This document shows, piece by piece, positions 61,153 through 64,000 of a DNA stretch of 64,000 nucleotides. Position 1 is the first letter of the stretch. Each line of letters starts with the position of its first letter. This DNA comes from Lineus longissimus (Eukaryota), in assembly GCF_910592395.1 (NCBI RefSeq), contig NC_088308.1, positions 2,232,001-2,296,000 on the forward strand, in the 5' to 3' direction. The notes beneath the pieces were generated by a model. The model was not told the DNA's origin, did no database searches, and was given only the letters and a program-made list of their open reading frames with translations. Made by a program: the position numbers and the translations under genes.

Positions 61153-63864
61153 TCACACACACGTCTCAGATAAAACAAAGTCAAAGTCTGGTGAATCGGG
61201 ATCGTCTTTCCTTTCTGCACCACCAGAGGGGCTAGGCTCTTTTGGTTTTGCACCACGATTACTGAGAGATTGAGTACCACTTGGGTCAGAAGTTCTAGAG
61301 GCATTTGAAAATGAGCGACCCCTATGGATGGCACTCTTCGCTGTAGTAGGAGGGATTCTATTTACAATAGCAGCTGTTGGGGTGGGAGGGATCCTATTTA
61401 CGATAACAGCAGCTGGGGTGGGAGGGCTCCTATCCATGGCAACAGCTGTTTTAGCAGCAGCAGTTGAACTGCCTGATGTTTTGGATGGTGCAGACACAGA
61501 TGGTGATTGGCGATTGTCTAGCGGTTTCAAAGGCGATGGTGATTTTGCTCTTACTGCAACTGAAACCCGCTCGTTGAAATGAACATGTAAGGCATTAGGA
61601 GTTTTTGGACGCACAACCTGGGAAGATGATGGCAGTGGAATATCTGATACGGGAATGAATGCGATGTTCCTCGCATCCGCATTTTTCTCAGAGTCGGCAA
61701 CTTCGGATCCTTCCGATTTTGATCTTGATTTCAGGCACGGTTTTGGTGACTTGGGCATCTTCATCAACGGACCGTCCTCAATTTTCCTCGTCTCTGCAGA
61801 GAGACGATTAGAAGCTGGGGTCTGAGGCGCACTATCACCGAACACAGATGAATCAGGGGAATTCCAACCTGGGATGACATGCGATTGCCAGTAAGACTGA
61901 CCGCTATAACTCAATGATCGTTCTGCCGGAGGACTAGAGGTGGGTGGATCAAGACTCTTTCTCAGGTATCGACTACCACGACGAACGAACGAATGTGATT
62001 TCACAGGAGTATTTTTAATTGGAGTTGGTTTTGTCGGTGTCGGTGGCAGCTTTGCTCCACGATTCAATGAACCGTATGATGATATATTCCGTAGGGTTTG
62101 TTTTGTTGTGTCAACGACCTTGGTGGGTTCCGAATCCTTCACAGGTTCTGAAAATACACAGCAAACTAGAATTAGGAGGTATAGACGGTGGTGTCAACCT
62201 TCTTGAGGATCAACAGGATAGATGACAGCGTTGGTCGCTATAATTGGATTCGTCTCCCTGCAGAAGAAGAAGAAGTCCCACTTGTCAAGACAAACAAAGG
62301 ATTTTCCATTATGTAAATTTTTCATCAAATCAATGAAGCAAGATGGTTTAAAATAAAAATGCCTGAAATTTTAATCTTTGAAAAACCTGCTCTAGTCTTG
62401 TATCTCAGACACCATCAACATTAGAGAGGTTCAGATTTTGACATAGAGCGAGAGCGAGGTGGCAATATGATGAGAGCTCACACGTTGCCTTCCATCAATA
62501 ATGCCTCACACCTACAGCCACCTTGTTCTCAGGATCAAAACTGAACCTCACTGTTATAAACACAGACACAAGTATATCAAAGGTAGTTACTAACAGGCAT
62601 GCTTCACATGGGGAAACTAAACTAGAGGAAGAAACAGGTAAACCCTTCAAGGACTCTGGCTATTTCAAGAAAATTACACGAAAAATTAAAATTAATTTAC
62701 CTCCCTCTCCAAAAAGTCGACAAGCCCTCTAAGGGTATAGGATCTACTGAGGATGGACTGAGGGTTTGACATATCGCTAAGTTTTGCATTTCAACATAAA
62801 ATGAGATACCAGGTAATTGATCTTATACGTCACATGACCAAAAGGTAATAGCTCTGTCTTTTGGAAATTATGTATCTCTCAAGAAACATTTCTCACAAGG
62901 TGAGACCTCGTCAAAAAACTTGGAAAAATTTATGATAACCTCCAAAGTAAAAAGCCTGAAGAATGCAAATTTAAGAGAATACAGAAAGACGTGTACATTC
63001 AATGATTTGTGGTGAATAATTGATGATCCCTAAGGACAACAATTTTCAGTCCCAGTGGTATCTTAGTTGACGATACTGAAGCGATTCTTTAAAGGTGTAA
63101 GGCAACTTTAGAACAGAAATAGGATAGGGCACTAAAACAATAAATACACTAGATACTAACCATCTAACAACGTCTCCTCAGACTTACTCAGGAGTTTACT
63201 GGGCGGGCTGGGTGAGTATTTGAATGGCACCATTCGCATTAACCAGTGCCCTTCTATTGAGCTGGCTGATGAGCCACTGGACGAACTCAACCCCACTAGG
63301 GAGCGCCGCTGGTAAAACAACATATAAGCATTCCGTGTGATGATCTGATCTTCCTGTAGGGGCGTAACCTTCGTGTCGTCGAATGAGTACCACTGGTCGT
63401 CGTATGGGTTTTTGCAGAAGGCTGTGGAGAAGATGAAAAGAAATATAAGATTTTGAATGCAATGGCAATTACACAAACACCCAAACATAAACATGATCCA
63501 AAAAAAGTGTCAGAAACTAATCTAATTTTTCAAATTAACTTTTGAAAGGTTTGCCAAGTGATGGTTTAAGGACTTTGATCAGTTTCATACTATCCACTGG
63601 AACCTGACAATCTGCAGAATGCTTATCATTACCTGTGTAATGTCCGCCAACCATGTTGCCATAGTGATTACAAACAGCGTACAAGTCATACACTGAGTCA
63701 TCGTCCGTTGGTGTGGTCAACCGTTGTCGTCTCCATGGCGAGAATGACAGGTACATATCCATCATCTTCGAGTCCGTGCCCCTCTTTCCATTGTATTGGC
63801 TCATTTCGAGACCCTGCACAGGAAAACTCACAAGGTTGTTCAATTTGGTTCGCCGTGAACCAAT
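61153..63864 (-). CDS. USP31: Ubiquitin-specific protease USP31/USP43-like, 3' part (gene continues beyond the window)
   Basis: Exons 63864-63633, 63421-63161 and 62147-61153 join in frame. RRTKLNNLVSFPVQGLEM; His-box YDLYAVCNHYGNMVGGHYTAFCKNPYDDQWYSFDD; AYMLFYQRR followed by SSSGSSASSIEGHW and a long Ser/Pro-rich tail typical of USP31/43. Probably co-orthologous to both vertebrate genes. Confidence 0.88.
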
Positions 63865-64000
63865 CTGGAAAACAAGAAACTTGAAGTGAGAACCGAACTG
63901 GTACGAATCTGATTATCATCCAACCTGTCAATCATCAAGCAGAACATAATGAGACCAATGGACGGCTTTTACTTTTTGGTCGGTTTTGGTAAAGTACCTT

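Noticed and set aside
62148..62260. Alternative upstream acceptor for the last USP exon (CAG 62260-62258)
   Set aside because: Stops occur in all three frames before the main ORF; the 62150-62148 acceptor fits the phase.

Overview
Eukaryotic DNA with spliceosomal introns, probably from a marine invertebrate; the taxon cannot be fixed from sequence alone. Four protein-coding genes can be reconstructed. (1) A plus-strand single coding exon for a C2H2 zinc-finger factor with 8 N-terminal fingers plus an Ikaros/Hunchback-type C-terminal finger pair (12029-14272). (2) An 11-coding-exon LARP7 on the minus strand (52196-47795, 592 aa). (3) Head-to-head with LARP7, a 9-exon ankyrin-repeat DHHC palmitoyltransferase (53012-56739, 623 aa) with a His-rich N-terminus and a clear U12-type minor intron. 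(4) The last three exons of a USP31/USP43-like deubiquitinase on the minus strand (63864-61153). The rest is non-coding: minisatellites, several MITE families, a satellite-bearing Helentron/HINE-like repeat in three copies, and a 5'-truncated RNase H-containing LINE with an 8-bp target-site duplication. A cluster of strong RNA hairpins, one with a miR-216a-like arm, lies downstream of the zinc-finger stop codon. No prokaryotic systems, CRISPR arrays, tRNA or rRNA genes were found. All alignments and folds were done by eye.
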